This document shows, in pieces, positions 52,788 through 61,849 of a stretch of DNA of 64,000 bases. The DNA is from a virus, in IMG/VR virus record IMGVR_UViG_3300045988_101835; one strand, given 5' to 3'. Within the stretch, counting starts at the first letter, position 1. Each line of letters starts with the position of its first letter. The notes beneath the pieces were generated by a model, which did no database searches, was not told the DNA's origin, and saw nothing but the letters and a program-made list of their open reading frames with translations. Position numbers and translations under genes: made by a program.

Positions 52788-53657
52788 ATGGAAGATTTTA
52801 ACTGTGACATTTATAGGCGCTGGGATATTGACACGCCGCGTGAGGAGGTTGTTCGTAGCATGGTTGACGTTATCATGTGGGCGGACGAGAATGGTAATGG
52901 TTCCGAGGAAGGTTCTCCCATTTCGGGTCTTCATATGGACGACTTTGCCTTCGCGGGTAACAATTCGATGTGGGCGCGTCGCTTCGATGCTACTCCGGAT
53001 GGGTCTTTCTGGCGAGTTCTTGTTGCTGCCAACCGTGGTCGTTTCTTGATCGAGGTTCGCCAGAGTGATTCTGCGGTTACAGCGTGGCTTGCTACGCTTC
53101 GTTCTTGGCTTTGTGGGGGTGATTATAAATCCCGCTTCGCTTATTTAGAGAAACACTACGCTGGTGCGCTTCAGCGGGCTTTGAGCGCTGCAGAGTCTAC
53201 TGCGAAGGATGTTGGTCTTCGTAAGGGCTTTGCTGAGGCTGCGGTTCCGGTTGTTGCTCAATATTTGGAGTGCGCTTCTATGGTTAATGTCTTCGGCTTG
53301 CTTCCTACGCAGCGGCGTCCGGTCTTCACGGAGAAGTATAGCTTCCCTGCGGAGGTTAGTTTTCTGCAGATGCTAGCTCCTTTGATGTATGGCAAGGATG
53401 AGCTTGCTTTCGCTGATGGTAGCTTCCCGGAGGAGGTTTACTATATCCATCGATTCCTTCGTATGGCTTACGAGCAGATCCTGCGTCGTCTTAGTAAGTT
53501 CTACTATGATGATATTCATCAGTACCGTAAGTTTAAGAACGACTATTGCCTTGAGCTGGGTACGATGTTCTATGCTGCTCTGAAGCCTTGTCTGCAGGCG
53601 GGTCAGGGTAAGTGGTCCAATTCGTTGACGCCTGTTTTGTTCGACTTCTATGCTTAA
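52788..53657 (+). CDS. Hypothetical protein
   Basis: 289-aa ORF. Confidence 0.55.
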   Translation: MEDFNCDIYRRWDIDTPREEVVRSMVDVIMWADENGNGSEEGSPISGLHMDDFAFAGNNSMWARRFDATPDGSFWRVLVAANRGRFLIEVRQSDSAVTAWLATLRSWLCGGDYKSRFAYLEKHYAGALQRALSAAESTAKDVGLRKGFAEAAVPVVAQYLECASMVNVFGLLPTQRRPVFTEKYSFPAEVSFLQMLAPLMYGKDELAFADGSFPEEVYYIHRFLRMAYEQILRRLSKFYYDDIHQYRKFKNDYCLELGTMFYAALKPCLQAGQGKWSNSLTPVLFDFYA

Positions 53658-54789
53658 AAGCACGGGTTTGGGCCATGATGGTCTGGTGGTTGATCCGCTG
53701 AGCGGTCCTACTGCTATCTTTGCCACATTGGAGCCGGATCAGGTTGATTTCAGTGATACGAAGTTTAAGTCTGTCTTCGAGTGGGGTAAGTCTTCGGGGT
53801 TCTTGGAGTCGGCGCCGCATGAGTGTACGGTGCGTGACGGCATGCTTTTCTTTCCTGCTGCCAACACTGTCGGTTATTCTGTTTCGCTTCCGGATGGAGA
53901 TACGGTCTGGCTTCTCATGTATGTTGCTAAGGACTTCTGCTGCGTCTTTGATAGTCTTCAGGATTCGTCTGATAGCCCGGCGGCTTTTCAGGAGGGGTTG
54001 GCTGCTAAGTTACTGGCTATGAACCTTTTCGGCTCGTCTGCTTCTGCTCCACGTAAGGTAGAGTTCTTTGATAATACTACTTGGACGGAGTTGAGGGATT
54101 CTATCGTCTCTAGTGATTTGTCCTGCGATTATGATCGCTTTGCTCGCTACGTTGCTATGTGGTTCCATCACGAGCTGCTTCGCGGTCTTTTCGACTCGGA
54201 GGTTCATACTTCCATAGGCGTTGTCGATCATGCTTGGGAGCGTGAGATTCTTTCCGTTCTGTGTAGTACTTTAAATGGTGCTGTTTTCAAGTCGGTTCCT
54301 AATAATCCCTATGCTTATGAGATGACGTTGCCGTGGGACGGTGAGCGTGTACTTCGTCGTGTTGCTAGTCTGCTTAGTAGTTTCATCATGGCTTTCATGA
54401 GCGTTGTCGAGACGGGTGTTGTTGCAGTCACACAGGATGCTTCTGGCTTTGCCGCTTCCCGTGTTCCTATGTTCAGTGCTTTGCTGAAGGTCATGCTCTG
54501 CTCTTTTCTTTCGGAGCTTTATTGGAGTCTTAGTTCCTTCGGGTTCCTTACGCGCCGTGTTTTGGTCATGGAGGAGGGTGATATTAATGCTGTGCTAGGG
54601 TTTCCTACGTCTTCCTGCATGGAGGTCCAGTCGGGTGCTTGGGGTTGCTCGGGTAGCATTACCGACTTCGGTTTTTCGGATATAGCACAGCTTATGTCTC
54701 ATCTGGAGTCTACTGTTGGGTCTCTTTCTCCTGCGCCGTCTCCAGATTCTATTGTCATCCCGATTAAGGGTTCCGGCAAGGTGTCGTAG
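53650..54789 (+). CDS. Hypothetical protein
   Basis: 379-aa ORF with an 8-nt overlap with the previous gene. Confidence 0.55.
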   Translation: MLKSTGLGHDGLVVDPLSGPTAIFATLEPDQVDFSDTKFKSVFEWGKSSGFLESAPHECTVRDGMLFFPAANTVGYSVSLPDGDTVWLLMYVAKDFCCVFDSLQDSSDSPAAFQEGLAAKLLAMNLFGSSASAPRKVEFFDNTTWTELRDSIVSSDLSCDYDRFARYVAMWFHHELLRGLFDSEVHTSIGVVDHAWEREILSVLCSTLNGAVFKSVPNNPYAYEMTLPWDGERVLRRVASLLSSFIMAFMSVVETGVVAVTQDASGFAASRVPMFSALLKVMLCSFLSELYWSLSSFGFLTRRVLVMEEGDINAVLGFPTSSCMEVQSGAWGCSGSITDFGFSDIAQLMSHLESTVGSLSPAPSPDSIVIPIKGSGKVS

Positions 54790-54848
54790 TTGCAGTACGT
54801 TTATTCAGTGTGTTTTTCCGGCATGATTTTAAATTAATAAGAAGAGGG

Positions 54849-54877
54849 CGTCCGGCTTTGCCGGGCGTTTTTTTTTT
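54849..54877 (+). terminator. Intrinsic terminator
   Basis: CGTCCGG-ctttg-CCGGGCG followed by T10. Confidence 0.8.
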
Positions 54878-54971
54878 AATTTATTGACATTTTACTTGCG
54901 AGTTTGAATATGATTTTGTAGTTTTGTGACGTTGGTGCTTGAGCGCCAGCAGAAGGAAAAACACACTTAAA

Positions 54972-55793
54972 ATGGATACTAATTTTGTTCGCACGTTTCT
55001 TCGTGGTTCTACGGAGGTTGAGCTTATCGGCTCGGGATTATCATCAACAGACATCTGGGTTCATTGTTTAGGTCGTCGCGGTGTCGGCAGTTACGACATT
55101 ACGCTAGAGGACCTTCGTGCGCGCCTTTTCGATCTTGTCCGCGAGAGTGTTCGTATGGACCTGCATCGTTTCTGGCCTACGTTCGATGGTGACTGGATGG
55201 ACTTGGTCCATATGTTCTACTACGGTTATATGACGCCTAAGTGTCGATATAAGGGTAAGAAGTACTACTTCGACGGTGACTATATGAAGGCACTTCAGGA
55301 GGGCATTCCTTACCTGACGCTTATTGATCGCTATGCCAATAGCACTCATGTAAGCTTTGAGACTTACGTCCGGGGTTGCGTTAAGAATCGTCTTCTTGAC
55401 GGCATCCGTGGGGGTGTTAAGGGCTACGACGCTGCGGGCCGCAAAGTATCCGTTGATGAGTCTCTGGAGGCGTGTGGTGATAGCACGCTTGTTAAGTTCG
55501 GGCTGCTGTGCTCGCAGGACGGTTTCCTTGATGATTCCTCGGCGGAGATATGGCATGATCCGCGCGCTGCTGCTCGGTGTCACGAACAAATGGCCGTTAT
55601 CCGGGAGCAGGATGCCGCTACGGCGCGTCGGATGCTTGTTTCGTATATTAAGATGCGTTCGTCTTTAGAGGCCGACATTCGGGCGTTTTTTGACTTTACG
55701 TTCGAGGTTCCGGATAGCACGGAGGATTCTCCGGAGTTTCAGGCTTTCGTAGTTTCTAACAGGCTTGGTCGTTACTTCTCATCAAGTTGCTGA
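54972..55793 (+). CDS. Sigma-70/ECF region-2-like protein (candidate phage transcription factor)
   Basis: IDRYANSTHVSFETYVRGCVKNRLLDGIR resembles sigma region 2 (..F.TY...i..N...D..R). ATG at 54972. Confidence 0.35.
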   Translation: MDTNFVRTFLRGSTEVELIGSGLSSTDIWVHCLGRRGVGSYDITLEDLRARLFDLVRESVRMDLHRFWPTFDGDWMDLVHMFYYGYMTPKCRYKGKKYYFDGDYMKALQEGIPYLTLIDRYANSTHVSFETYVRGCVKNRLLDGIRGGVKGYDAAGRKVSVDESLEACGDSTLVKFGLLCSQDGFLDDSSAEIWHDPRAAARCHEQMAVIREQDAATARRMLVSYIKMRSSLEADIRAFFDFTFEVPDSTEDSPEFQAFVVSNRLGRYFSSSC

Positions 55794-55810
55794 TTTTATA
55801 TTTTGTGCTT

Positions 55811-55921
55811 ATGAAAAAGCAGGATGATTATCGCAAGTGGTTCGCCTACGGCGGCCAGTTGTTTCTGGAGATTGTTGTATGCTTTGTGCTGGTGTATGGT
55901 CTTCTCCTTCTCTTAAGCTAA
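55811..55921 (+). CDS. 36-aa single-TM peptide (not in the ORF track)
   Basis: MKKQDDYRKWFAYGGQLFLEIVVCFVLVYGLLLLLS*. Confidence 0.35.
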   Translation: MKKQDDYRKWFAYGGQLFLEIVVCFVLVYGLLLLLS

Positions 55922-56088
55922 CTTAACACTTTCGGGAGTTGTGATTCGTTGGGTTCCACTACTGCGTGCCTTGTTGTGACACGTAGGGTCTTTTCTTGTC
56001 GGCTTTATCATAGTCGTATGGTTCATTATTGTCATGGGCGCAGTTGTCGTATTTATTTTGCGCGATGTTGGAATTTGTCCCCCTTAGA

Positions 56089-56120
56089 TTTGGATTATTA
56101 AATTAACTTTTCTATCTTTG
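56089..56120 (+). promoter_or_regulatory. Bacteroides-type promoter (-33 TTTG / -7 TAtcTTTG)
   Basis: TTTG at 56089-56092, 20-nt spacer, TAnnTTTG at 56113-56120. Confidence 0.6.
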
Positions 56121-56124
56121 TAGT

Positions 56125-56140
56125 GTAGAAATAGTTCTAC
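56125..56140 (+). promoter_or_regulatory. Inverted repeat GTAGAA-N4-TTCTAC at the predicted transcription start
   Basis: Second copy of the element at 20672-20687. The shared leader is ..GATAATTTAAT..GATTTGA. Confidence 0.4.
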
Positions 56141-56165
56141 AGATAATTTAATATGGATTTGAGCT

Positions 56166-56543
56166 ATGCGCGTTTTCGAAACATTAACCAAGCTTATTTT
56201 ATACGCAGTAGGTTTTGCTATTGAGCTTGCAAGTTTTCTTGTGTTCTTGTATGCTTCCATTTTCACGGTTTTCTGCGTAACTCGTCCCGGTACTTACTTC
56301 AAGGAGCCGTTTCTTTCTATGCCTTATGCTATCTGGGGTGCTATTGGCGGGGCTGTTGTCTACTTGGTTTTCGTCTTCCTGAATAAGAGCTTCTACGTAA
56401 GTTTCATTAAGCAGGTTTCGACTTCTAGTCTTATGATGTTCTTCACCTGTCTTATTCTTCGTTGGAAGTATGTTATCTTCTGGTGGGTTATGTATACCTT
56501 CTTCGTTTACATTGTCTTTGGAGTTGATCCCTATGGCGTATGA
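56166..56543 (+). CDS. Polytopic membrane protein
   Basis: 125 aa with four hydrophobic helices. Confidence 0.55.
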   Translation: MRVFETLTKLILYAVGFAIELASFLVFLYASIFTVFCVTRPGTYFKEPFLSMPYAIWGAIGGAVVYLVFVFLNKSFYVSFIKQVSTSSLMMFFTCLILRWKYVIFWWVMYTFFVYIVFGVDPYGV

Positions 56544-56791
56544 GAATGAGACATCATATGGCTATGCACCTTGCGGGGTGCTTGGAGCACTTTCGGCGGC
56601 GCCGCATGACGGGTCTTTTTACGGATGATACGGGCCGTCCTTTGTCGGATTCGGAGGCCCGCGAGTATATTCGTCAGTGTATGCTGAATGGCTGGAATTA
56701 CGTTCCTTTGTGTCCGTCGTCGGAGTGTCCGGATTTCGATTATATCACGGGTGAGTGTCCGGGTCATCCATTACCAGATGAGGAGGAGTAG
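56540..56791 (+). CDS. Small Cys-containing hypothetical protein
   Basis: 83 aa with an ATGA overlap. Confidence 0.45.
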   Translation: MRMRHHMAMHLAGCLEHFRRRRMTGLFTDDTGRPLSDSEAREYIRQCMLNGWNYVPLCPSSECPDFDYITGECPGHPLPDEEE

Positions 56792-56793
56792 TT

Positions 56794-57150
56794 ATGGCTT
56801 GGTTTCGGTCTATGTTCGAGATGCTTTTCAGTACTTCTGTAGGGTATTCACTTGATCTTCTTGACTCGGAGGACTGGTGTATCAACCCTCGGAATATGAA
56901 TACACCGCGTGCGTCGCTTCCGGCAGAAGGAGCATTGGTGGTGGCTACGTATAGTGTTGTGCGCGATAACGTTGTAGGTCGTAGGAGCTATTCGCTTATG
57001 ACCCGCCGAGGTGATCGCTGGTACTCGGATGCCTTTCGTGGTCGCTACTTCGTCCCGGAGTTCATGTATGCTTCTTGCTGTGCTGATAGTAGATGCGCAG
57101 GCTTTGTTTCATCGTGGGAGTCAATACCGCGTTATATTGATAATGCTTAG
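56794..57150 (+). CDS. Hypothetical protein
   Basis: 118-aa ORF. Confidence 0.5.
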   Translation: MAWFRSMFEMLFSTSVGYSLDLLDSEDWCINPRNMNTPRASLPAEGALVVATYSVVRDNVVGRRSYSLMTRRGDRWYSDAFRGRYFVPEFMYASCCADSRCAGFVSSWESIPRYIDNA

Positions 57151-57161
57151 TTTTTGATTAT

Positions 57162-58118
57162 ATGGGTTTTATTGGGGATGCTATTCAGCAGATTGATAGT
57201 GAAGATTTGACTGTAGGTGCTTCGTGGGTTTGCAGATTTTACAATTACCGAAGTAGCGGGACTGCGTCGGAGCTGGAGCCTTCGTTGTTGTCGTGTTTCA
57301 AGGATGAGTCGGATGCGCTTAGGGTTTTCAATAAGGAGATGACTGCGAATGCGAAGGCCATCAAGGAGGAGGGAGGTTTATTCTTTTTTCGTGGTGCTGA
57401 TCCGATGCATCCGGCGGTTAATTCATTATCGGGTCAGGCATTATCGTCTTGTCAGGCTATGGGGGTTCCGGTTAACTTCTGTACGACATATTGGGAGTGG
57501 GCTAAGGATTACCCGGGTTACGCTGCCATGCTTGGCATCGACAAGGGCTTAGTGGCATTTGGCGCTGATATTGGTCGTCCTTTTTATTCGGGCAAGGTAT
57601 CCTCTCTTGAGGTTGTGACGGAGGGTCTTGCTTCGCTTCATAAGTACAGGTTCAAGACTTGGGCGTTGTTTACTCCATGCGTTTCCGTGAATTCTGATGA
57701 TCCGTATGCTTCGGATTACGATGTAGCTAAGTCGGAGGAGGTATTCAAGAGCATTGTTCCTTTTATTGACTTTGTTCGGATTTGGCTTACTCCGGTTGCG
57801 GTCTTGACGGATGCTGAGTTGCATGGTGTTTCTCAGATTCTCAATAAGATTACTTCTCTGGCCAAGAAGTATAAGGTCCATGTGATCTTGGATTCTACGG
57901 TTCGAGATGTCGTAGGTTTCCCGGATGCTTCCTCACCTTCGGCTCCTAAGTGGTCCAAGTACAAGTATTTGAATACGGGTCAGTGGCCACGGTTCGAGGT
58001 TTCATTTGACGATACCCGCGAGGCGGGCAATATCGAGGCTGCGGTTAAGGAGGCTATGGATGCCACGAGCGAGGCCGCTATGCGCCAGCATGAGCGTCGG
58101 TCTAAAAAGAATAAGTAA
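57162..58118 (+). CDS. Hypothetical protein
   Basis: 318-aa ORF. Confidence 0.55.
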   Translation: MGFIGDAIQQIDSEDLTVGASWVCRFYNYRSSGTASELEPSLLSCFKDESDALRVFNKEMTANAKAIKEEGGLFFFRGADPMHPAVNSLSGQALSSCQAMGVPVNFCTTYWEWAKDYPGYAAMLGIDKGLVAFGADIGRPFYSGKVSSLEVVTEGLASLHKYRFKTWALFTPCVSVNSDDPYASDYDVAKSEEVFKSIVPFIDFVRIWLTPVAVLTDAELHGVSQILNKITSLAKKYKVHVILDSTVRDVVGFPDASSPSAPKWSKYKYLNTGQWPRFEVSFDDTREAGNIEAAVKEAMDATSEAAMRQHERRSKKNK

Positions 58119-58120
58119 CG

Positions 58121-58357
58121 ATGATGCAGAAAATCTGTTTGTTTCTGGCCGTGGTGCTGGGTTTTACGTTGTTTCTCGGCGGCTTGGGATTAACTGCTGC
58201 TCTTATATCGTACTGCACAGAACTTAGCTCTGTTGAGTTCTTAACGGTTGTGGGTCTTGTTGTGCTCTTTGGAGCGTGCGCAGCTATTGTCTTAGGAGGT
58301 CTTTCCATGCTGTTCTCAGCAGTTGCCATTCTTTCATTAAATGGTCGTGAGCGATGA
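58121..58357 (+). CDS. Small two-TM membrane protein
   Basis: 78 aa, ICLFLAVVLGFTLFLGGLGL... and VVGLVVLFGACAAIVLGGL. Confidence 0.5.
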   Translation: MMQKICLFLAVVLGFTLFLGGLGLTAALISYCTELSSVEFLTVVGLVVLFGACAAIVLGGLSMLFSAVAILSLNGRER

Positions 58358-58653
58358 TTTTGGATTGTTACCATACGTCTCTCTTGCCGTTCCCGGCTCA
58401 CTTATCGATTACACGCACGCAGGTTGCGTCGGATGATCCTCATAGCGACGTTTATTACTTCGTAAATCCGCATTCTGGGGGTTGCGCAATTAAGTCATCT
58501 AATGGCGATGTTATTTCCATTAATGCTACTCATTTAGTGCTTCACAGGTCTACAGGTGAGTGGGAGCTGTGGTATAAATTAATTTCGTCTAATTCTCGTA
58601 GAGGTGCTCCTATGCGTCAGCTTCTGGGGTGTCGGGTCGAGGAAGTCAAGTAG
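58354..58653 (+). CDS. Hypothetical protein
   Basis: 99-aa ORF with an ATGA overlap. Confidence 0.45.
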   Translation: MILDCYHTSLLPFPAHLSITRTQVASDDPHSDVYYFVNPHSGGCAIKSSNGDVISINATHLVLHRSTGEWELWYKLISSNSRRGAPMRQLLGCRVEEVK

Positions 58654-58736
58654 GATATGCGCGCATATGTAAAGAAAAGTCGATTTTCTTTACATATGTC
58701 AAGTGATATAGAAAAATAATTGCAAAATCTTTTCAT

Positions 58737-60083
58737 ATGGTAAAAGCAGATTATGTAAGTTTGTGGTCCGTAAAGCAGGAGTTCTACCAGCCTCGGCTGC
58801 TCAGTAGTCTTTTGACGCCTACGGGTCGAGGCGGTTCGGTTGTGATCCGGGATTACGTTCGGGCTTTGAAGTGGCTTACGGCTTTGGAGTCTGCGATGCA
58901 TTCTCTGGGTCATCCTATTACGAAGGGTACTTGCTCTCAGGTAGGCTCACTGCAGGACTTGTGCTCTATGCTCCATCCGTCGGATAAGTTCCGGCTTGGT
59001 ATGGACATGTGCCTTTGTGGTACCTTGAGTAGCCTTCCGGATGATCGCCAGACGGAGATTCTGGAGTCTTCGTCGTGGCTTGCTACGGAGAAGATACGAG
59101 GTGTCCGGGCTTTGCTCTTGAGTTACGCGGCACCGGGGCGTGGTTCACGGTTCAGTCTTTACTCTCGGTTCTTGTCGGACGACTGTGGTCTTATAGATTG
59201 GGGTCCTAAGCTTTGGCAGCAGCACAACTTCGGTCAGGGGGTTACGGCGGTGGATGTTGAGATTTGCTATCCTCACTCTATGGATGACTTCAAGACTTTG
59301 TTCGAGGGTGCTGAGAATTTGGCTTCTACTTCTACGGGTGTTGTGGAGTACGTTCTTAGTCTTCCGGAGAATCAGGCTTTGGGTATCCAGTCTCAGTTTT
59401 ACGCTAAGTACCAGCGTCATATGTTCTCGCTTATGGTTATTTGTCCTATTTTCTACGAGAAGGTCAACTACCTCAAGCAGCCCTTGCGTGCGGGGTGGGA
59501 TGTGTATACGCAGGTCGTTTCTCATCTTCGTTCCGCGGGCTTAAATGCCTTCGAGGTTAACCGCTGCTTTGGTGGCAAGTTCGAGAAGGTCTCGTTCTTG
59601 GACTCTATTCTTAACCGAGGCGGCGAGGGTGTTGTGCTTCATAACGGAGATGCCTTCTACGACATTACAGGGTCCCGTGATTCTAATGTCATGGTTAAGA
59701 TTAAGAACCGTGTCGGCGGCCCTGCTAAGCGGATTATGGACGATACGTTCGACGCTTTCATTACGGGCGGTTCGGGCGCCGCGTCTTCTATTCTCCGCCT
59801 TGAGCTTAGCATCATCTGTGAGAATGAGGACGGCTACCAGCATCGTCAGGTTCTGGGCTTCCTGCCTATTAGTGGTGATCTTTCACTGCAGGCTACGATT
59901 CTGGATAGTGGTGTTCCACGATTGAATCCTGACTTTATGGATAAGGTCGTTGAGGTTCAGGCCCGTGCTTTGGATAACAACTTCCATTTGATTGATCCTA
60001 CTTTGATTCGTCTTCGTCACGACAAGGCCGCTTCGGACTGTGTCTATACGGCTACATATTTACGGTCCTTGCCGCGGGGTTAA
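58737..60083 (+). CDS. ATP-dependent RNA/DNA ligase-like nucleotidyltransferase
   Basis: Motif I-like TEKIRGVRA (K-x-R-G rather than K-x-D-G), motif III-like AVDVEICY, motif IV GGEGVVLH, motif V VMVKIKN. Confidence 0.45.
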   Translation: MVKADYVSLWSVKQEFYQPRLLSSLLTPTGRGGSVVIRDYVRALKWLTALESAMHSLGHPITKGTCSQVGSLQDLCSMLHPSDKFRLGMDMCLCGTLSSLPDDRQTEILESSSWLATEKIRGVRALLLSYAAPGRGSRFSLYSRFLSDDCGLIDWGPKLWQQHNFGQGVTAVDVEICYPHSMDDFKTLFEGAENLASTSTGVVEYVLSLPENQALGIQSQFYAKYQRHMFSLMVICPIFYEKVNYLKQPLRAGWDVYTQVVSHLRSAGLNAFEVNRCFGGKFEKVSFLDSILNRGGEGVVLHNGDAFYDITGSRDSNVMVKIKNRVGGPAKRIMDDTFDAFITGGSGAASSILRLELSIICENEDGYQHRQVLGFLPISGDLSLQATILDSGVPRLNPDFMDKVVEVQARALDNNFHLIDPTLIRLRHDKAASDCVYTATYLRSLPRG

Positions 60084-60086
60084 GGG

Positions 60087-60100
60087 GCAGTTATATATCC
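60087..60100 (+). promoter_or_regulatory. Late-gene motif variant GCAGTTATATATCC, interrupted 3 nt downstream by IS copy 4
   Basis: One mismatch to the consensus. No ORF follows it, either before or after the IS. Confidence 0.4.
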
Positions 60101-60103
60101 CAA

Positions 60104-61361
60104 GGTGATTATATGCAACTTTATATCATCGTTTGCAGTAAATGTAAAATAATTGTAATTTTCAGACATGAAGAAAGCATTCAAATATCGCATCTACCCG
60201 AACAAGGCTCAGCGGGCTTTGTTTCAGGCGACGTTTGGATGTTGCCGTTTCGTTTACAACAAAACGCTTGATATCAGAAAGACAGCTTATGCGATGGATA
60301 AGACGCAGCTTAGCGAGTTTGATCTCATCAAGAAAATAAAGCCGCTTAAAGAAGAGTTCCCGTGGCTGCGTGACGTTCCAGCGGTTTGCTTACCTCAAGC
60401 AGTTGGTGATATGAATGATGCTTTCCGTGATTTCTTTAAGTCGGGTAAGGGTTACCCTAAGTTCAAGACGAAGCATCGTAGTCGGAAGTCTTGTCGTTTT
60501 CCCGGCCAGAGTTGTGCAGTGTTGCAAGACATTAGTCGCTTAAAGCTTCCCAAGCTTGGTTTAGTTAAGTACAAGAAAGATCGTGAGTTCATTGGCACTT
60601 TACGGCATATAGTGATTACGCAAGAAAGTAATGGCAAGTATTATGCTTCGTGCTTGGTTGATACGGGCGTCGAAGCACCGAATCCGAAGCCAGTAGAAGC
60701 TAGTACGACGGTCGGCATTGACTTGGGGCTTAAAGACTTTATCGTCACGTCGGATGGGTGTAAGATGCCCAATCCACGTTTTTATGTTACTATCGACCAC
60801 TCCATCGCCCGCTTGCAGAAGCACGAAGCGCGGAAGATGAAAGGATCGAAGCGTCGTGCGCGCATTCGGTTAAAGATTAACAAACTTTACAGTAAGAAAC
60901 GGAATTTAATCAAGAATTATATTTATCATGTCGTCAAGACATTACTGCGCGAAAGCCAAACGCTAGTAATGGAGAACCTTAACATTGTTGGCATGGTAAA
61001 GAATCATAGTTTAGCTAAATCCATCCAGAATGTTTGCTGGGGTGAGCTTCGCAGAGTACTGGAGTACAAGTCGCAGTGGTTGGGTCACAACTTAATCTTC
61101 ATAGATAGGTGGGCGCCTAGTACGAAGACTTGCAGCCATTGCGGGTTCCATAATTCTACGTTAACGCTTTCAGATCGTTCATGGACATGTCCGGGGTGTG
61201 GTACACATCACGACCGGGACATCAACGCCGCGATTAACATTAAACGTATGGGTTTAGAGACATTACTGCCCGCGGTGAGCGGGTTCGACGGGCGTGGAGA
61301 GGTCGGTTACGGTCTCGACGAAGCGTCAATATGTGCAAGTTATTAACTGCATGTAATCACC
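60104..61361 (+). mobile_element. TnpB-only IS element, copy 4 (about 1258 bp) flanked by direct repeat TCCCAA
   Basis: Left end GGTGATTATATGCAAC matches the reverse complement of the right end, GGTGATTACATGCAGT. TCCCAA occurs at 60098-60103 and at 61362-61367. Confidence 0.7.
60168..61346 (+). CDS. tnpB: TnpB (RuvC-type RNA-guided nuclease)
   Basis: 392 aa. VGIDLG, VMENLN, CSHCGF..CPGCG and HDRDINAAIN are all intact. Confidence 0.9.
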   Translation: MKKAFKYRIYPNKAQRALFQATFGCCRFVYNKTLDIRKTAYAMDKTQLSEFDLIKKIKPLKEEFPWLRDVPAVCLPQAVGDMNDAFRDFFKSGKGYPKFKTKHRSRKSCRFPGQSCAVLQDISRLKLPKLGLVKYKKDREFIGTLRHIVITQESNGKYYASCLVDTGVEAPNPKPVEASTTVGIDLGLKDFIVTSDGCKMPNPRFYVTIDHSIARLQKHEARKMKGSKRRARIRLKINKLYSKKRNLIKNYIYHVVKTLLRESQTLVMENLNIVGMVKNHSLAKSIQNVCWGELRRVLEYKSQWLGHNLIFIDRWAPSTKTCSHCGFHNSTLTLSDRSWTCPGCGTHHDRDINAAINIKRMGLETLLPAVSGFDGRGEVGYGLDEASICASY

Positions 61362-61377
61362 TCCCAATGGCCAATTG
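61269..61377 (+). ncRNA. Putative omega-RNA scaffold plus guide, copy 4
   Basis: CCCGC-ggtga-GCGGG and GAGGTCG-gtta-CGGTCTC. The candidate guide tcccaatggccaattg is followed by a T11 run. Confidence 0.45.
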
Positions 61378-61816
61378 AGATGGTCTGTTGTTGACGGTTT
61401 TTTTTTTCTTTTCTTCTTGAGGACTTACGCTGTGACGGTGCGAGTCCTCTTTCTTTTACGTATATGCCAGCAAGGCTTTCTGCGGTTTTCCGCAGTTGGT
61501 CTGGTTAGTTTTCCATCATTTCGTGTGGGGTTCTTCTGCTGAGATAGCATGAGTCTCCATTTTGCAGATTGCTTTGTAGAATTTTTTCATGTCCTCCGTA
61601 GCTTTGTGTGTTCTTGCTGCGGAGGTTTTCGTTGTACGTATATGTATTTGCGTTACATTTTGTAAGTGTTTAGTGTGACGCATGTCATCGTATGGTTATG
61701 TACCTTTCGTCGTGAGATGCGAGTACATATGACGCAGGTCCTGTTTTTCCATTTTGTATAGCACCTTCACTTTCCTTCACGTGACCTGCGTTCCTTCTTC
61801 AATTCGTTTGGAGTTT

Positions 61817-61847
61817 CCGCCGAGGCTAGAGTGACCTCGGCGGTTTT
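61817..61847 (+). terminator. Intrinsic terminator
   Basis: CCGCCGAGG-ctagagtga-CCTCGGCGG followed by T4. Confidence 0.7.
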
Positions 61848-61849
61848 GT

